From Candidatus Multivorans sp. (GTDB lineage Bacteria; Acidobacteriota; Thermoanaerobaculia; Multivoradales; Multivoraceae): a DNA stretch of 64,000 nt. Below, one piece after another: positions 50,202 to 59,882 of this stretch. The stretch lies in contig OZ242167.1 in NCBI GenBank assembly GCA_965205295.1, forward strand, positions 2,898,097 through 2,962,096, given 5' to 3'. Position numbers and translations under genes: made by a program. Under the pieces are notes generated by a model. The model searched no databases, was not told the DNA's origin, and was given only the letters and a program-made list of their open reading frames with translations. How positions within the stretch are numbered: the first letter of the stretch is position 1; each line of letters starts with the position of its first letter.

Positions 50202-51398
50202 ATGACGACCGAAGCCGAGCGCCAGCCCGCGCCCCCCGACCTGCCCGCCTCGGTGCAGCGACTCGAACTCGACGAGCGGGAGGTCTTCCTGGTCGGCACC
50301 GCGCACGTCTCGCCGCAGAGCGTGCGCGACACGAAGGATGCGATCGAGGCGCTCGAGCCCGACACCGTCTGCGTCGAACTCTGCGAGGCCCGCTACCGCA
50401 ACCTGGAGGACCAGGAGTCGTGGCGCAAGCTGGACATCTTCCAGGTCCTGCGCGAGGGCAAGGCGGCGCTGCTGCTCAGCTCGTTCCTGATGCACTCCTT
50501 CCAGCGGCGGATCGCCCAGCGCTTCGGCATCGAGCCCGGCGCCGAGATGAGAGAGGCGATCGCCCGGGCCCGGGAACGCGGCGCACGCCTCGAACTGATC
50601 GACCGCGACATCCAGATCTCGCTGAAGCGCACCTGGGCCTCACTCGGCTTCTGGCAGCGAACGAAGGTGATGACCCAGTTGGCCGGCAGCGCCTTCGTCG
50701 GCGACGACCTGAAGGAAGAGGACATCGAGCAGCTCCGCGACAGCGGCAATCTGACCGACCTGATGTCGGCCCTCGCCGAGGCGCTGCCGAGCGTCAAGGA
50801 AGCCCTGATCGACGAGCGAGACGCGTACATGGCGGAGAAGCTGCGCCGGTCGGCGGGCCCGCGCACGGTGGCCGTCGTCGGCGCCGGGCATCTGCCCGGG
50901 ATCGCGAACCTCGCGGGCTCGTTCTGCGACCTGGAGGAACTCGAGCGACTGCCCGAGCCGCCGCTCTGGCCGCGCATCGTCAAGTGGGCTCTACCGATCG
51001 CGATCATCGGGCTTTTGGCCTACGGCTTCCTCACCGGTGATCGCGAGCGCTCGGTCGAGTCGATCTACCTCTGGATCCTGATCAACGGCAGCTTGTCCGC
51101 CCTCGGCGCCGCCATTGCCCTGGGGCATCCGTTGACGGTCCTTTCCGCCTTCGCCGCCGCGCCCCTGACCAGTTTGAACCCCCTGATCGCCGCCGGCTGG
51201 GTCGCCGGCCTGGTCCAGGCCGTGCTCCGCCGGCCTCTCGTGGCGGACATGGAGAACCTCGCCGACAGCCTCAGTTCCGCGCGCGGCTTCTGGTCCAACC
51301 GTCTTACCCGCGTGCTGCTCGTTGTCGTGCTGAGCAACCTCGGCAGCGTGCTGGGCACCGCGGTCGCCCTGCCCTGGATCGCCGCGCGATTGCTCTAG
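50202..51398 (+). CDS. TraB/GumN family protein
   Basis: ATG at 50202. EVFLVGTAHVSPQSVRDTKDAIEALEPDTVCVELCEARY is the TraB-family N-terminus. C-terminal TM segments. Confidence 0.75.
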   Translation: MTTEAERQPAPPDLPASVQRLELDEREVFLVGTAHVSPQSVRDTKDAIEALEPDTVCVELCEARYRNLEDQESWRKLDIFQVLREGKAALLLSSFLMHSFQRRIAQRFGIEPGAEMREAIARARERGARLELIDRDIQISLKRTWASLGFWQRTKVMTQLAGSAFVGDDLKEEDIEQLRDSGNLTDLMSALAEALPSVKEALIDERDAYMAEKLRRSAGPRTVAVVGAGHLPGIANLAGSFCDLEELERLPEPPLWPRIVKWALPIAIIGLLAYGFLTGDRERSVESIYLWILINGSLSALGAAIALGHPLTVLSAFAAAPLTSLNPLIAAGWVAGLVQAVLRRPLVADMENLADSLSSARGFWSNRLTRVLLVVVLSNLGSVLGTAVALPWIAARLL

Positions 51399-51508
51399 CG
51401 GCTGCCTGAGCAGCGACTGGACAAGTCTCCGAGACCCTGGCGGGGCGCTTCGCGCAGACCCTGATTGCACTCGGTGCATGCCAGACTGATCCCCAACCGA
51501 GGAAGCCA

Positions 51509-51549
51509 CCGGATCCTGCGGGCAGTCCGGATGCAAGATGTCCTTGCAT
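51509..51549. repeat. degenerate REP-like/palindromic sequence upstream of the XRE-ImmA gene (CCGGATCCTGCGGGCAGTCCGGATGCAAGATGTCCTTGCAT)
   Basis: Contains the CCGGAT and TGCGGGCAG pieces of the REP family. Also carries a separate palindrome ATGCAAG-ATGTC-CTTGCAT. Confidence 0.35.
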
Positions 51550-51612
51550 TGTCCCATCCGCAACGACTATTCTTGCTCCGCCAACTCTGACCCGGAAGGA
51601 GTGGCCGACACC

Positions 51613-52743
51613 ATGACGACGTCCCCGATCGGCGCGCGGATCAAGGCGCTACGCGAGCAGCACGGACTCACGCAGGAGCAACTCGCCCGCGTCTTCGGCT
51701 TCAAGGACCGTCAGACCGTCTCGGCAATCGAGAACGGCACCCGTCGCTTGACGGCAGAAGAACTGCTCCTCGCCGTCGAGAAGTTCCGCGTTTCGCTGCA
51801 CTACTTCACCGACCCCTTTCTGCTGGTCGGCGAAGGACGGTTCTCGTGGCGCCACTCGGGACTGACTGACGAGGAACTCCTCCAGTACGAGCGGCGCGCC
51901 GGCCGCTGGATCGCCGCGTATCGCCACTTGGCACCTCAAGTTGGTGTTGCAGCACCATTCCTGCGCCGCTCGCTTCCACTGAAGAAGAACTCTAGCTACG
52001 AGGCCGCCATGGCGGCTGGAGAGCGGTTCGCGGACGAGTTTGAAGTCGGTCCGACGCCCGCGGAGAGCCTGGCCCGGGTCATGGAACAGGAATTCGGGAT
52101 CCTGGTTCTGATGGTGGATGCCGAGCCAGGGATCTCTGGCGCGGCCTGCCGCCTTCCGGAACTGGACGTTGCGCTCATCGCCCGCGGAGAGGTCGCCGGC
52201 CGCCGCCACTTCGACCTCGCTCACGAGTTCTTTCACCTTCTTACCTGGCAGGCCATGCCACCCGAGCACTCGGAGCACGCCAGTAACACCAGTCGCAGTC
52301 GAGTGGAGCAACTCGCAGACCATTTTGCCGGCGCTCTACTGATGCCAGCGGCCGTCATCAAGCGGTACGGCCCATGGTCAGACCTCGACGAGGAAGCGTT
52401 GGTCGTGCGTCTAAACAACGTCGCGGATGGACTTCAGGTCACCTCGTCCGCCCTGCGCTGGCGCCTGGTCGCACTCGGGGAGATCAGCAAGAGCGCTGGC
52501 ACCTCACTGCCCGAGACGGCGCTGCGCAACAACGGTCGTCCAAGCGTCGAAATCAACGATGGGGCCATCAAGATAGACCGGCCACCAGCCCGTTTCTCGC
52601 GCCGCTTCACCGAAGTCATCTCCCGAGCGGTCGAACAAGGACTCATCTCCCTTCGCCGCACGGCGTCTCTGCTCGAATCTCCCGTCGAAGGTGTCGGCGA
52701 CCTGTTCGCCGAGCATGGTCTCAAGCGTCCCGTCGAACTGTGA
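51613..52743 (+). CDS. XRE-family HTH fused to ImmA/IrrE-family zinc metallopeptidase (COG2856-like)
   Basis: N-terminal HTH (IKALREQHGLTQEQLARVFGFKDRQTVSAIENG). HEFFH zinc motif in DLAHEFFHLLTW. Confidence 0.75.
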   Translation: MTTSPIGARIKALREQHGLTQEQLARVFGFKDRQTVSAIENGTRRLTAEELLLAVEKFRVSLHYFTDPFLLVGEGRFSWRHSGLTDEELLQYERRAGRWIAAYRHLAPQVGVAAPFLRRSLPLKKNSSYEAAMAAGERFADEFEVGPTPAESLARVMEQEFGILVLMVDAEPGISGAACRLPELDVALIARGEVAGRRHFDLAHEFFHLLTWQAMPPEHSEHASNTSRSRVEQLADHFAGALLMPAAVIKRYGPWSDLDEEALVVRLNNVADGLQVTSSALRWRLVALGEISKSAGTSLPETALRNNGRPSVEINDGAIKIDRPPARFSRRFTEVISRAVEQGLISLRRTASLLESPVEGVGDLFAEHGLKRPVEL

Positions 52744-52749
52744 TTTCCG

Positions 52750-52842
52750 ATGCCTCCTCATCCCGGTCCCGTCCTCGTGGACACGAACGTCATCTTCGAG
52801 TGCCACCGCACGAATTCCTGGCGCGCCCTGACCAGCGGCTGA
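52750..52842 (+). pseudogene. remnant of a PIN-domain (VapC-like) gene
   Basis: A 30-codon ORF, MPPHPGPVLVDTNVIFECHRT..., has a PIN N-terminal motif and stops early. A +1-frame continuation (...RLTEKITAVPLKKIREIKVAN) also ends early. Too short for a PIN fold. Confidence 0.4.
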
Positions 52843-52947
52843 CGGAGAAGATCACCGCGGTCCCGCTCAAGAAGATCCGCGAGATCAAGGTGGCAAACTG
52901 AACGAAGCGCCCCTGACCAACGGGGCAGGCACCAAGGGAGTTGATTC

Positions 52948-53655
52948 ATGACGGAACCGACCACCTACGAGCAGATTGGCGACGTGGCCCTGGTCACCCT
53001 GGACGACGGCAAGGCCAACGCCTTCGGACCGCCCATGATCGCCGCCGTCAACGACATGCTCGACCGTGCCGCAGACGATGCCAGAGCCATCGTCCTGACC
53101 GGCCGGCCCGGCGTGTTTTCGGGCGGGTTCGACCTCAACGTGTTTCGTGCCGGAGACGCGGCGCAGGCCCGCGCCATGGGACTCGCCGGAGCGCGTCTGA
53201 TGATGCGCCTGTACGGATGGCCGCAGCCCCTGGTCGTCGCGGCCAGCGGACACGCCATCGCGCTCGGCGCGCTCTGTCTGCTCACCGGCGATCATCGCCT
53301 GGCTGCGGACGGTGAGTTCCGATTCGGTCTGAACGAGGTCGCGATCGGTAGAACGCTGCCGCCGTTCGCCTGGTTGCTGGCCAAGGAGCGGCTTTCCAAG
53401 CGCGCTCTGACGCAAGCCGCTCTTACCGCGAAGATGTACAACCCCGAGGGCGCGCGCGATGCCGGTTTCCTGGACGCGGTCGCGGCGGCCGACGAGCTGC
53501 GCGATGTCGCCCTCGAGCGGGCCGCGCAGTTGGCCGAACTCGACGCCAATGCGTATTCGGGAATGAAGCAGGGCCTGAGAGGCGAAGGCATCGACGCCGT
53601 CCTTGCCGATCTCGGGGAGGCGCCGCCAGATGGCGCCGCTCTGATCCCGGCCTAG
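52948..53655 (+). CDS. enoyl-CoA hydratase/isomerase (crotonase) family protein
   Basis: RBS AAGGGAG. VALVTLDDGKANAFGPPMIAAVNDMLD...GRPGVFSGGFDL oxyanion-hole region. Confidence 0.8.
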   Translation: MTEPTTYEQIGDVALVTLDDGKANAFGPPMIAAVNDMLDRAADDARAIVLTGRPGVFSGGFDLNVFRAGDAAQARAMGLAGARLMMRLYGWPQPLVVAASGHAIALGALCLLTGDHRLAADGEFRFGLNEVAIGRTLPPFAWLLAKERLSKRALTQAALTAKMYNPEGARDAGFLDAVAAADELRDVALERAAQLAELDANAYSGMKQGLRGEGIDAVLADLGEAPPDGAALIPA

Positions 53656-53690
53656 AACCGCCTACACCGCTACAATTGTCGGACTCTCAA

Positions 53691-53954
53691 ATGGTGCCGA
53701 CGATGAACAAGGAAGCCACGGTCCAGCAAGTCCAGCTCATGGGCCACCGGATCCGGCGGCTGCGGCGGAAGAACAAGCTGACGCAGCAGGCGCTGGCGGA
53801 GCGGGTCGGGATTCCGCCGTCCGACCTGTCGCGGATCGAGCGGGACGAGCTCCGGGTCAGCCTGGATGTCCTGATCCGCATCGTCGCCGAGTTCGATGTC
53901 GGGCTCGACGAGTTGATGGGCAAGCCGGCAGGCGCACGGCGCGGCCGGCGCTAG
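53691..53954 (+). CDS. XRE-family HTH transcriptional regulator
   Basis: LTQQALAERVGIPPSDLSRIERDE is a Cro/C1-type HTH. The track start at 53676 is TTG; the first ATG is at 53691. Confidence 0.7.
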   Translation: MVPTMNKEATVQQVQLMGHRIRRLRRKNKLTQQALAERVGIPPSDLSRIERDELRVSLDVLIRIVAEFDVGLDELMGKPAGARRGRR

Positions 53955-53979
53955 CCACTTGCGCGGTAGAACTATCTGA

Positions 53980-54011
53980 CTTGGGAACCCGGGCATCTTG
54001 CCCGCATCCGG
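53980..54011. repeat. REP-like palindromic element copy E (opposite orientation, one stem mismatch)
   Basis: CTTGGGAACCCGGGCATCTTGCCCGCATCCGG is the reverse complement of the family consensus. Intergenic between the XRE gene and pgi. Confidence 0.6.
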
Positions 54012-54035
54012 CGCGAAGCGCCGGTCTGATTGCCC

Positions 54036-55664
54036 TTAGCCGACCGCCCCGATCAACCGCCTCAGCCCGTCCTCCACGCCGCCGTCGAGGTGAACGGCGA
54101 GCACCCGCCGCCGCCGCTCGACGAGCACTTCGTAGTCGCCCCAGGCCTGCGCGAGCTGGACCTGGCCGAAGGTCAGGCCAACGCCTGGTACCGGGATGTC
54201 GGCGGCCGGCGGATCGGCCGTGATCTGCAGGAACAGCCCGCAGTTGGGGCCGCCCTTATGCGCCTGTCCGGTCGAGTGCAGGAAGCTCGGCCCGAATCCC
54301 AGCACCGACGCGCCGCCCGTGAGGCGGGCGATCCGCTGGCGCAGGGCCTCCAGCAACTCGCGGTTGACGGGGTTGCGGTCGAGGTAGGCCGAGACGACGG
54401 CGTAGCCGCCCGGAAACGTCGCGACGTGAGTGCCCAGGAGTTGGGCCAGGCCGAGGGTGCTGACATCGTTCAGCCGGACGACGCCGCCGGGCTCCGGCGC
54501 ATCGCCGGCCTCGATCCGCTCGACGTAGCGCCGGGTGACGACCTTGGACGACTCCACGTCCGGCTGGTCGAAGGGGTTGATCCCGAGCAGCGCGCCCGCG
54601 ACCGCCACGCCGAACTGCCAGCGGAAGAACTCACCGCCGAGGTCGGCCGGAAGCTCGGCGTCGATCACCGCTCGCGGTCCGAGTGCCGGCGCGCCGGCCC
54701 CGACGTGGGCGTCGCCCCCCAGCACGATGTCGAGGCGGTCGGGGCGCGGCTCCGGCGGCAGGCCAGCCGCGTCCACCGGCAGCAGCAGCACCTCACCCTT
54801 GCCGAGCGACTCGGCGATCAACTGCTCGACCCAGGCGACCATCCCAGCGGCCCTGGCCGGCGCATGGAGATAGAGCTTGTCGCGGCCGCAGTCGTGCGCC
54901 GCGGCGAGCAGCAGGCCCAACTCGACCCCAAGGTTCGAGGGTTCCTCCTCCGCGCTCCGCCGGCACGCTGCCGCCATCGCCCGCGCGCTAGCGAGCAGCG
55001 GCTTGAGATCGATCCCGGCTACGGCCGCCGGAACCATCCCAAACGCCGAGAGGACGGAGAACCGGCCGCCGATGTCCGGATGCCCGAAGACGACCGCGGC
55101 GCCCGCTGCCCGGGCACGCGCTTCGAGAGCCGAGCCCGGATCGGTGATCGCCAGCGCGGCCGACGGCGCCGCCGGACCCAACCGGTCGAGCAGCAGCTCG
55201 AACGCGAGCCGGGTCTCGATCGTGCCGCCCGACTTGGACGCAGCGATCACTCGTAGCGCTGCCGGGTCGACCTCGGCGAGCGCCGAAGCGATCTCGCGCG
55301 GGTCCGTCGTGTCGAGCACGATGAACGGAGCACAGGCGTGCCGCGGCAACGCCCGCCACAGCAGATCGGCGCCGAGAGCCGAGCCGCCCATCCCGAGCAG
55401 GAGGCAGCGCTGGAACGGAGGGCCGGCGAGTTGATCGGCGATGTCCGCTGTCGCCGCTTCGACGCGGTCGCCGTCAGCCGTTAGCAGCGCAGTCCGGGTC
55501 AGCCGCTCGACGTCGAGCCACCCAAGCCACTCCTCCTCGCCGGAACCGGTCCACAGGGAGCCGTCGCGGGACCACAGGCGGTCCGTGCCGTTGATGTCGC
55601 GCCACTGGCGGCGCCGGCGTTCCACGGCGCCTGCGAATTCGGAATCGGTGTGGACGAGGATCAC
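54036..55664 (-). CDS. pgi: glucose-6-phosphate isomerase
   Basis: GTG start. VIAASKSGGTIETRLAFE, GGRFSVLSAFG and AWVEQLIAESLGKG align with PGI signature regions (ASKTFTTQET, GGRYSLWSAIG, QQGNMESNGK). Confidence 0.7.
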   Translation of the reverse strand: MILVHTDSEFAGAVERRRRQWRDINGTDRLWSRDGSLWTGSGEEEWLGWLDVERLTRTALLTADGDRVEAATADIADQLAGPPFQRCLLLGMGGSALGADLLWRALPRHACAPFIVLDTTDPREIASALAEVDPAALRVIAASKSGGTIETRLAFELLLDRLGPAAPSAALAITDPGSALEARARAAGAAVVFGHPDIGGRFSVLSAFGMVPAAVAGIDLKPLLASARAMAAACRRSAEEEPSNLGVELGLLLAAAHDCGRDKLYLHAPARAAGMVAWVEQLIAESLGKGEVLLLPVDAAGLPPEPRPDRLDIVLGGDAHVGAGAPALGPRAVIDAELPADLGGEFFRWQFGVAVAGALLGINPFDQPDVESSKVVTRRYVERIEAGDAPEPGGVVRLNDVSTLGLAQLLGTHVATFPGGYAVVSAYLDRNPVNRELLEALRQRIARLTGGASVLGFGPSFLHSTGQAHKGGPNCGLFLQITADPPAADIPVPGVGLTFGQVQLAQAWGDYEVLVERRRRVLAVHLDGGVEDGLRRLIGAVG

Positions 55665-55892
55665 GGTGGCGGATCGTAACCCCGTCCGCGACGGGGTTGG
55701 CCGCGCCTAGGGCTTGAAGGGGTCGAGGCCCGTGCCAGCCTCGAAGATCGCCCGGGACACTTTCTCTTCGGTAAGGATCATGCGTCGAGTGTAGCCCTGT
55801 GGGCGGTGGCTGCGGCGTGGCGCGACGCACCTGATTGGCGAGGCGCACCCGATTGGAAGAAACTCGACGCCATCTCCTGTTAGCTTTGGTCC

Positions 55893-57035
55893 ATGCGCCG
55901 CGGAACTTCACCCGGATCAGACGGACGGTTGCGGCCGCGCTTTGCCGCCGCGACCGGATTGGTCGTCCTCGCCGTTCTCGCCTTCGTCTTCGGCTCGAGG
56001 TGGCAGGGCGCCGTCCTGCAGGCTGACACCCGCGGCGAGCCACGGCCGGTCACGCAGAGTGCCGGCCTGCTGCCGGCGGAACGTTCGACGGTCAACCTCT
56101 TCCGGCAGGCCTCGCCGTCGGTGGTCTACATCACAACCGCGACGCGGGAACGGCGCGTCGACTACTTCGGACGCCGCTTCGATCGCATTCAGGACGGCAC
56201 CGGAAGCGGCTTCCTGTGGGACAGCCAAGGCCATGTGGTCACCAACTACCACGTGATCCAGAACGCAGACACCGCCCAGGTCACCCTGTACGACCAGACC
56301 ACGTGGCCCGCGACCCTGGTCGGCAAGGATCCGGAGATGGACCTGGCAGTCCTCCGAATCGAAGCGCCGGCCGAGAAGCTGCGGCCCATTCCCGTGGGCT
56401 CGTCGAGCGACCTGCAGGTCGGCCAGTCGGTGTTGGCGATCGGCAACCCCTTCGGTCTCGACTACACCCTGACGACCGGAGTGATCAGCGCCCTCGACCG
56501 CGAAGTGCAGTCGATCACCGGACGCGAGTTGCAAGGCGTCATTCAGACTGACGCCGCGATCAACCCGGGAAACTCCGGCGGTCCACTCCTTGACTCGAGC
56601 GGACGGTTGATCGGCGTAAACACGCAGATCGTCTCGTCCGGCGGCGCCTGGGCCGGTATCGGCTTCGCGATTCCGGTGGACACGGTGAACTGGGTCGTCC
56701 CGGAATTGATCCTGCACGGACAGGTCAACCGCCCCCAACTCGGCGTCACGCTGGTGGACGGCGCCCGCCTGCGGCCAAGCGTGGACGGCGTGCTGGTTCT
56801 GGACGTGGTCCGCAACTCCGGGGCCGACCGCGCGGGGTTGCGCGGCAGCCGACGCACCCGTCAGGGCATCGTCCTGGGCGACGTGATCACCGGGATCGAG
56901 GGCCAACCGGTCCGGTCGGTCAGCGACGTGCGCGCCCTGCTCGAGCGCGAGCAACCGGGCGACTCGGTGACCGTGAGTCTGCTCCGCGGCGACGAGGAAG
57001 CCAAGGCGGAAATCCGGCTCTCTGCGCCGCGTTGA
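55893..57035 (+). CDS. S1C (HtrA/DegP-like) serine protease with PDZ domain
   Basis: GSGFLWDSQGHVVTNYHVI (His), DLAVLRI (Asp) and GNSGGPLL (Ser) form the catalytic triad. C-terminal PDZ. Confidence 0.85.
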   Translation: MRRGTSPGSDGRLRPRFAAATGLVVLAVLAFVFGSRWQGAVLQADTRGEPRPVTQSAGLLPAERSTVNLFRQASPSVVYITTATRERRVDYFGRRFDRIQDGTGSGFLWDSQGHVVTNYHVIQNADTAQVTLYDQTTWPATLVGKDPEMDLAVLRIEAPAEKLRPIPVGSSSDLQVGQSVLAIGNPFGLDYTLTTGVISALDREVQSITGRELQGVIQTDAAINPGNSGGPLLDSSGRLIGVNTQIVSSGGAWAGIGFAIPVDTVNWVVPELILHGQVNRPQLGVTLVDGARLRPSVDGVLVLDVVRNSGADRAGLRGSRRTRQGIVLGDVITGIEGQPVRSVSDVRALLEREQPGDSVTVSLLRGDEEAKAEIRLSAPR

Positions 57036-57089
57036 GACGGAGTCTTGGCTGCGAGAACCGGACCACTCGGCTAACATCCAGCCGCCAAC

Positions 57090-58859
57090 GTGAGTCAGCG
57101 CGGTCTCTTGCTCCAGGCGGCACTTCTTGCCGCCCTTGTGACGGCGGTCCCTGGGACCCCGGTCGCCGAAGCACAGACGGCAGGCACGCCAGCGCGCGGC
57201 GACTTCGTACCGGTCACGGACGCCATGCTCCAGGACCCGAGCGACGACGACTGGTTGATGTGGCGCCGGACGCTCGACGGGTGGGGCTACAGCCCGCTCG
57301 ACCAGATCACGCGCGAGAACGTCAACGACCTGCGGCTGGTCTGGTCCCGCGGCATGAGCGACGGCCGCCAGCAGGGGACGCCGCTCGTCTACGACGGCGT
57401 GCTGTACATGCCGAACCCCATGGACGTCATCCAGGCCATCGACGCCGTGACCGGAGTCCTCCTCTGGGAGTACCGGCGCGATCTACCGGACAACATCCTC
57501 CGGCAGGTCGGATCTCTCGCGGCCAACAACCGCAACATCGCGATCTTCGACGGTCTGATCATCGACACGAGCGTCGACGAGTTCGCCTTCGCCCTCGATG
57601 CGGCAACGGGCGAGCTGGTCTGGGAGACGATGATCCTCGACTACAAGACGCAGCCGGCGATGCAGAGCTCGGGCCCGATCATCGCCGACGGCAAGGTGAT
57701 CTCGGGCCGCAGTTGTTTGCCCCGCGGCGGTCCCGACGCCTGCGTCATCGTCGCCCACGACGCCAGGACCGGGGCCGAACTCTGGCGGCGCCGCACCATT
57801 CCGGCGCCCGGTGAGCCGGGCAACGAAACCTGGGGCGACATCCCGTTCGAGGACCGCACGCACGTCGGCGCCTGGATGGTGCCCAGCTACGACCCGGCCC
57901 TGGAGCTCATCTACATCGGCACCTCGGTGACGTCGCCGGCGCCGAAGTTCCTGCTCGGGGGCAGGGATCTCAGGCACCTGTACCACAACTCCACTCTCGC
58001 GCTGAAGGCGCAAACGGGCGAGATCGAGTGGCACTACCAGCACCTCAACGACCACTGGGACCTCGACCACCCCTTCGAGCGCCTCCTCGTCGATACCGCC
58101 GTGGCGCCCGACGCCGACGCGGTCGACTGGATCAATCCCCGCCTGGCGCCGGGCGAGGTGCGCAAGGTGATTACCGGGGTTCCCGGCAAGACGGGCATCG
58201 TGTACACCCTCGACCGCGAGACCGGCGAGTTCCTGTGGGCGAGGCCGACGATCAGACAGAACGTCATCATGGAGATCGACGGCGACGGCAAGGTCACCGA
58301 GAACACGGAGGTAGTGTTCCGGGAGCTGGGCCAGGAGGCGCACGTCTGCCCCACGTACATCGGCGGCAAGGACTGGCAGGCGGGCGCCTACAGCCCGCTG
58401 ACGAACGCGATGTACGTGCCGATGCGCAACTCGTGTGCCCTGATGACGGCGACACGCGCGGGCCGGCTCGCGATCTACGCCCTGGACGCCGAGCACGAGA
58501 TCGCGCCGGGCACCGACCTGAGCGGAAGCATCCACGCCGTGTCCGCCGAGACGGGCAGATCGCTGTGGACGTACGAGCAGCGGGCGGGGCTGATGTCGCT
58601 GTTTGTGACCGGCGGCGGCCTGGTCTTCGTCGGCGACGGGAACGGTCGCTTCCGCGCCCTGGACCAGGAAACCGGCGAAAGTCTCTGGGAGATCAACCTC
58701 GGCTCACCGGTCACCGGCTTCCCCATCACCTTCGGGGTCGACGGACGTCAGTACGTCGTCGCCAGCACGGGGAGTACGTCCGCGGCCCTCTCGGCCGGGC
58801 TCACGCCGGAACTGCGCCCCAGCTCGGGCAACAACCTGTTCGTGTTCGCGCTGCCCTAG
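57090..58859 (+). CDS. PQQ-dependent dehydrogenase (methanol/ethanol family quinoprotein)
   Basis: GTG start with signal peptide. DDDWLMWRRTLDGWGYSPLDQITRENVNDLRLVW is the characteristic N-terminal propeller blade. Eight-bladed W-motif repeats. Confidence 0.75.
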   Translation: MSQRGLLLQAALLAALVTAVPGTPVAEAQTAGTPARGDFVPVTDAMLQDPSDDDWLMWRRTLDGWGYSPLDQITRENVNDLRLVWSRGMSDGRQQGTPLVYDGVLYMPNPMDVIQAIDAVTGVLLWEYRRDLPDNILRQVGSLAANNRNIAIFDGLIIDTSVDEFAFALDAATGELVWETMILDYKTQPAMQSSGPIIADGKVISGRSCLPRGGPDACVIVAHDARTGAELWRRRTIPAPGEPGNETWGDIPFEDRTHVGAWMVPSYDPALELIYIGTSVTSPAPKFLLGGRDLRHLYHNSTLALKAQTGEIEWHYQHLNDHWDLDHPFERLLVDTAVAPDADAVDWINPRLAPGEVRKVITGVPGKTGIVYTLDRETGEFLWARPTIRQNVIMEIDGDGKVTENTEVVFRELGQEAHVCPTYIGGKDWQAGAYSPLTNAMYVPMRNSCALMTATRAGRLAIYALDAEHEIAPGTDLSGSIHAVSAETGRSLWTYEQRAGLMSLFVTGGGLVFVGDGNGRFRALDQETGESLWEINLGSPVTGFPITFGVDGRQYVVASTGSTSAALSAGLTPELRPSSGNNLFVFALP

Positions 58860-58884
58860 CGGAACCCGGCGCCGGTCTTCCGAG

Positions 58885-58958
58885 TGGCTGGGAGGCAGGG
58901 ACTCGAACCCCGATTCTACGGTCCAGAGCCGTATGTCCTACCGTTGGACGACCTCCCA
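58885..58958 (-). tRNA. tRNA-Gln (anticodon CUG), CCA encoded
   Basis: Hand-folded cloverleaf: acceptor UGGGAGG/CCUCCCA, anticodon stem UACGG/CCGUA, loop CU-CUG-GA, T-arm CGGGG-UUCGAGU-CCCUG, discriminator G, CCA. Resembles E. coli tRNA-Gln ends. Confidence 0.8.
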
Positions 58959-59079
58959 GCGGAAGCGGCAAGCCGGGCAGTTTAGCGCGAACGACCGCGA
59001 TTGTCCGCCGGAGTGCCGGCGCTTTGCTTTGTGCCGCGAGCTCAGCGGCGGGGCGCCCTGTCCTTCAGGTTTTCCTCGA

Positions 59080-59487
59080 TCAGTTCTGGTCGGGTCTGGT
59101 CCAGTCCTCGCAGGTCAGACCCGCGACACGGTCGAACTCGCGCCGGTTTGCGGTCACGAGTACAAGTCCGCGCGCCAGCGCCTGGCCCGCTATCAACAGG
59201 TCGTACGGGCCAATGGTCTGCCCGCCTGCCTCCTGGTCGCTTCGCACCTTCCCTGCAACTCGGGCATCCTCCACATCGAAGGGCAGAACCTCGAAGCCGG
59301 CGCTGTCGAGCAAAGCGAGGTTCTGCCAGGCTCGGCGACTCTTGAAGGCCCCGTAGTACAACTCGTACACAGCCGGCGCGGGTACACCGACCTCCCCAGG
59401 ACCGTAGCGACCCAGCCGTTCGCGGGCCGCTGGCGACGTGCCGTTGAGCAAGGCGATGCAGATGTTCGTGTCCAGCAGGAAACGCAT
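59080..59487 (-). CDS. vapC: PIN-domain toxin VapC
   Basis: MRFLLDTNICIALL and the distal LVLVTANRREF motif. Start overlaps the vapB stop (TGATG). Confidence 0.8.
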   Translation of the reverse strand: MRFLLDTNICIALLNGTSPAARERLGRYGPGEVGVPAPAVYELYYGAFKSRRAWQNLALLDSAGFEVLPFDVEDARVAGKVRSDQEAGGQTIGPYDLLIAGQALARGLVLVTANRREFDRVAGLTCEDWTRPDQN

Positions 59488-59735
59488 CAGTCGAAGATGT
59501 CGTCCAACGCCGGCCGGGACGGCATCTCAGGCTGGCATCTCCCTTCGGCGAAGAAGTCGTCCGAGAACTTCCCCGCGATCTCGTCGAGCCACGCCCAGTC
59601 CGACGCGATGGGCTCCAGGATGACGGTTGTTCCGCGCTTGCGGATGAAGACCTCGCCGCCCTCCATCCGGAACTCCTTCGGCAGCCGTACCGCCTGTGAG
59701 CGGCCGGACCAGAACAGCTTGGCAGTCTTGGACAT
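59487..59735 (-). CDS. vapB: AbrB/MazE-type (SpoVT/AbrB) antitoxin VapB
   Basis: MSKTAKLFWSGRSQAVRLPKEFRMEG is a swapped-hairpin AbrB-like N-terminus. Start at M55 of the track ORF. Confidence 0.7.
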   Translation of the reverse strand: MSKTAKLFWSGRSQAVRLPKEFRMEGGEVFIRKRGTTVILEPIASDWAWLDEIAGKFSDDFFAEGRCQPEMPSRPALDDIFD

Positions 59736-59771
59736 GCGCACCTCCCGGGAAGGTATACAGCGTTGGAATAT

Positions 59772-59794
59772 ACCATTGGCGCGCGTAGCACGCC
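59772..59794. promoter_or_regulatory. inverted repeat GGTATAC-N9-GTATACC-like (GGTATA...TATACC) in the vapB upstream region; candidate VapB operator
   Basis: Arms at 59772-59777 and 59789-59794, read directly. Lies between the divergent vapB and cytochrome P460 starts. Confidence 0.4.
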
Positions 59795-59882
59795 CGCGAG
59801 AGCGCAGTAGCTGCAAGCCGCGGTGTTTCTTCCGTTCCGGATCACGTCCGCCTTCTCTCGTTATCTGGAAGCCAAGTCTAGA

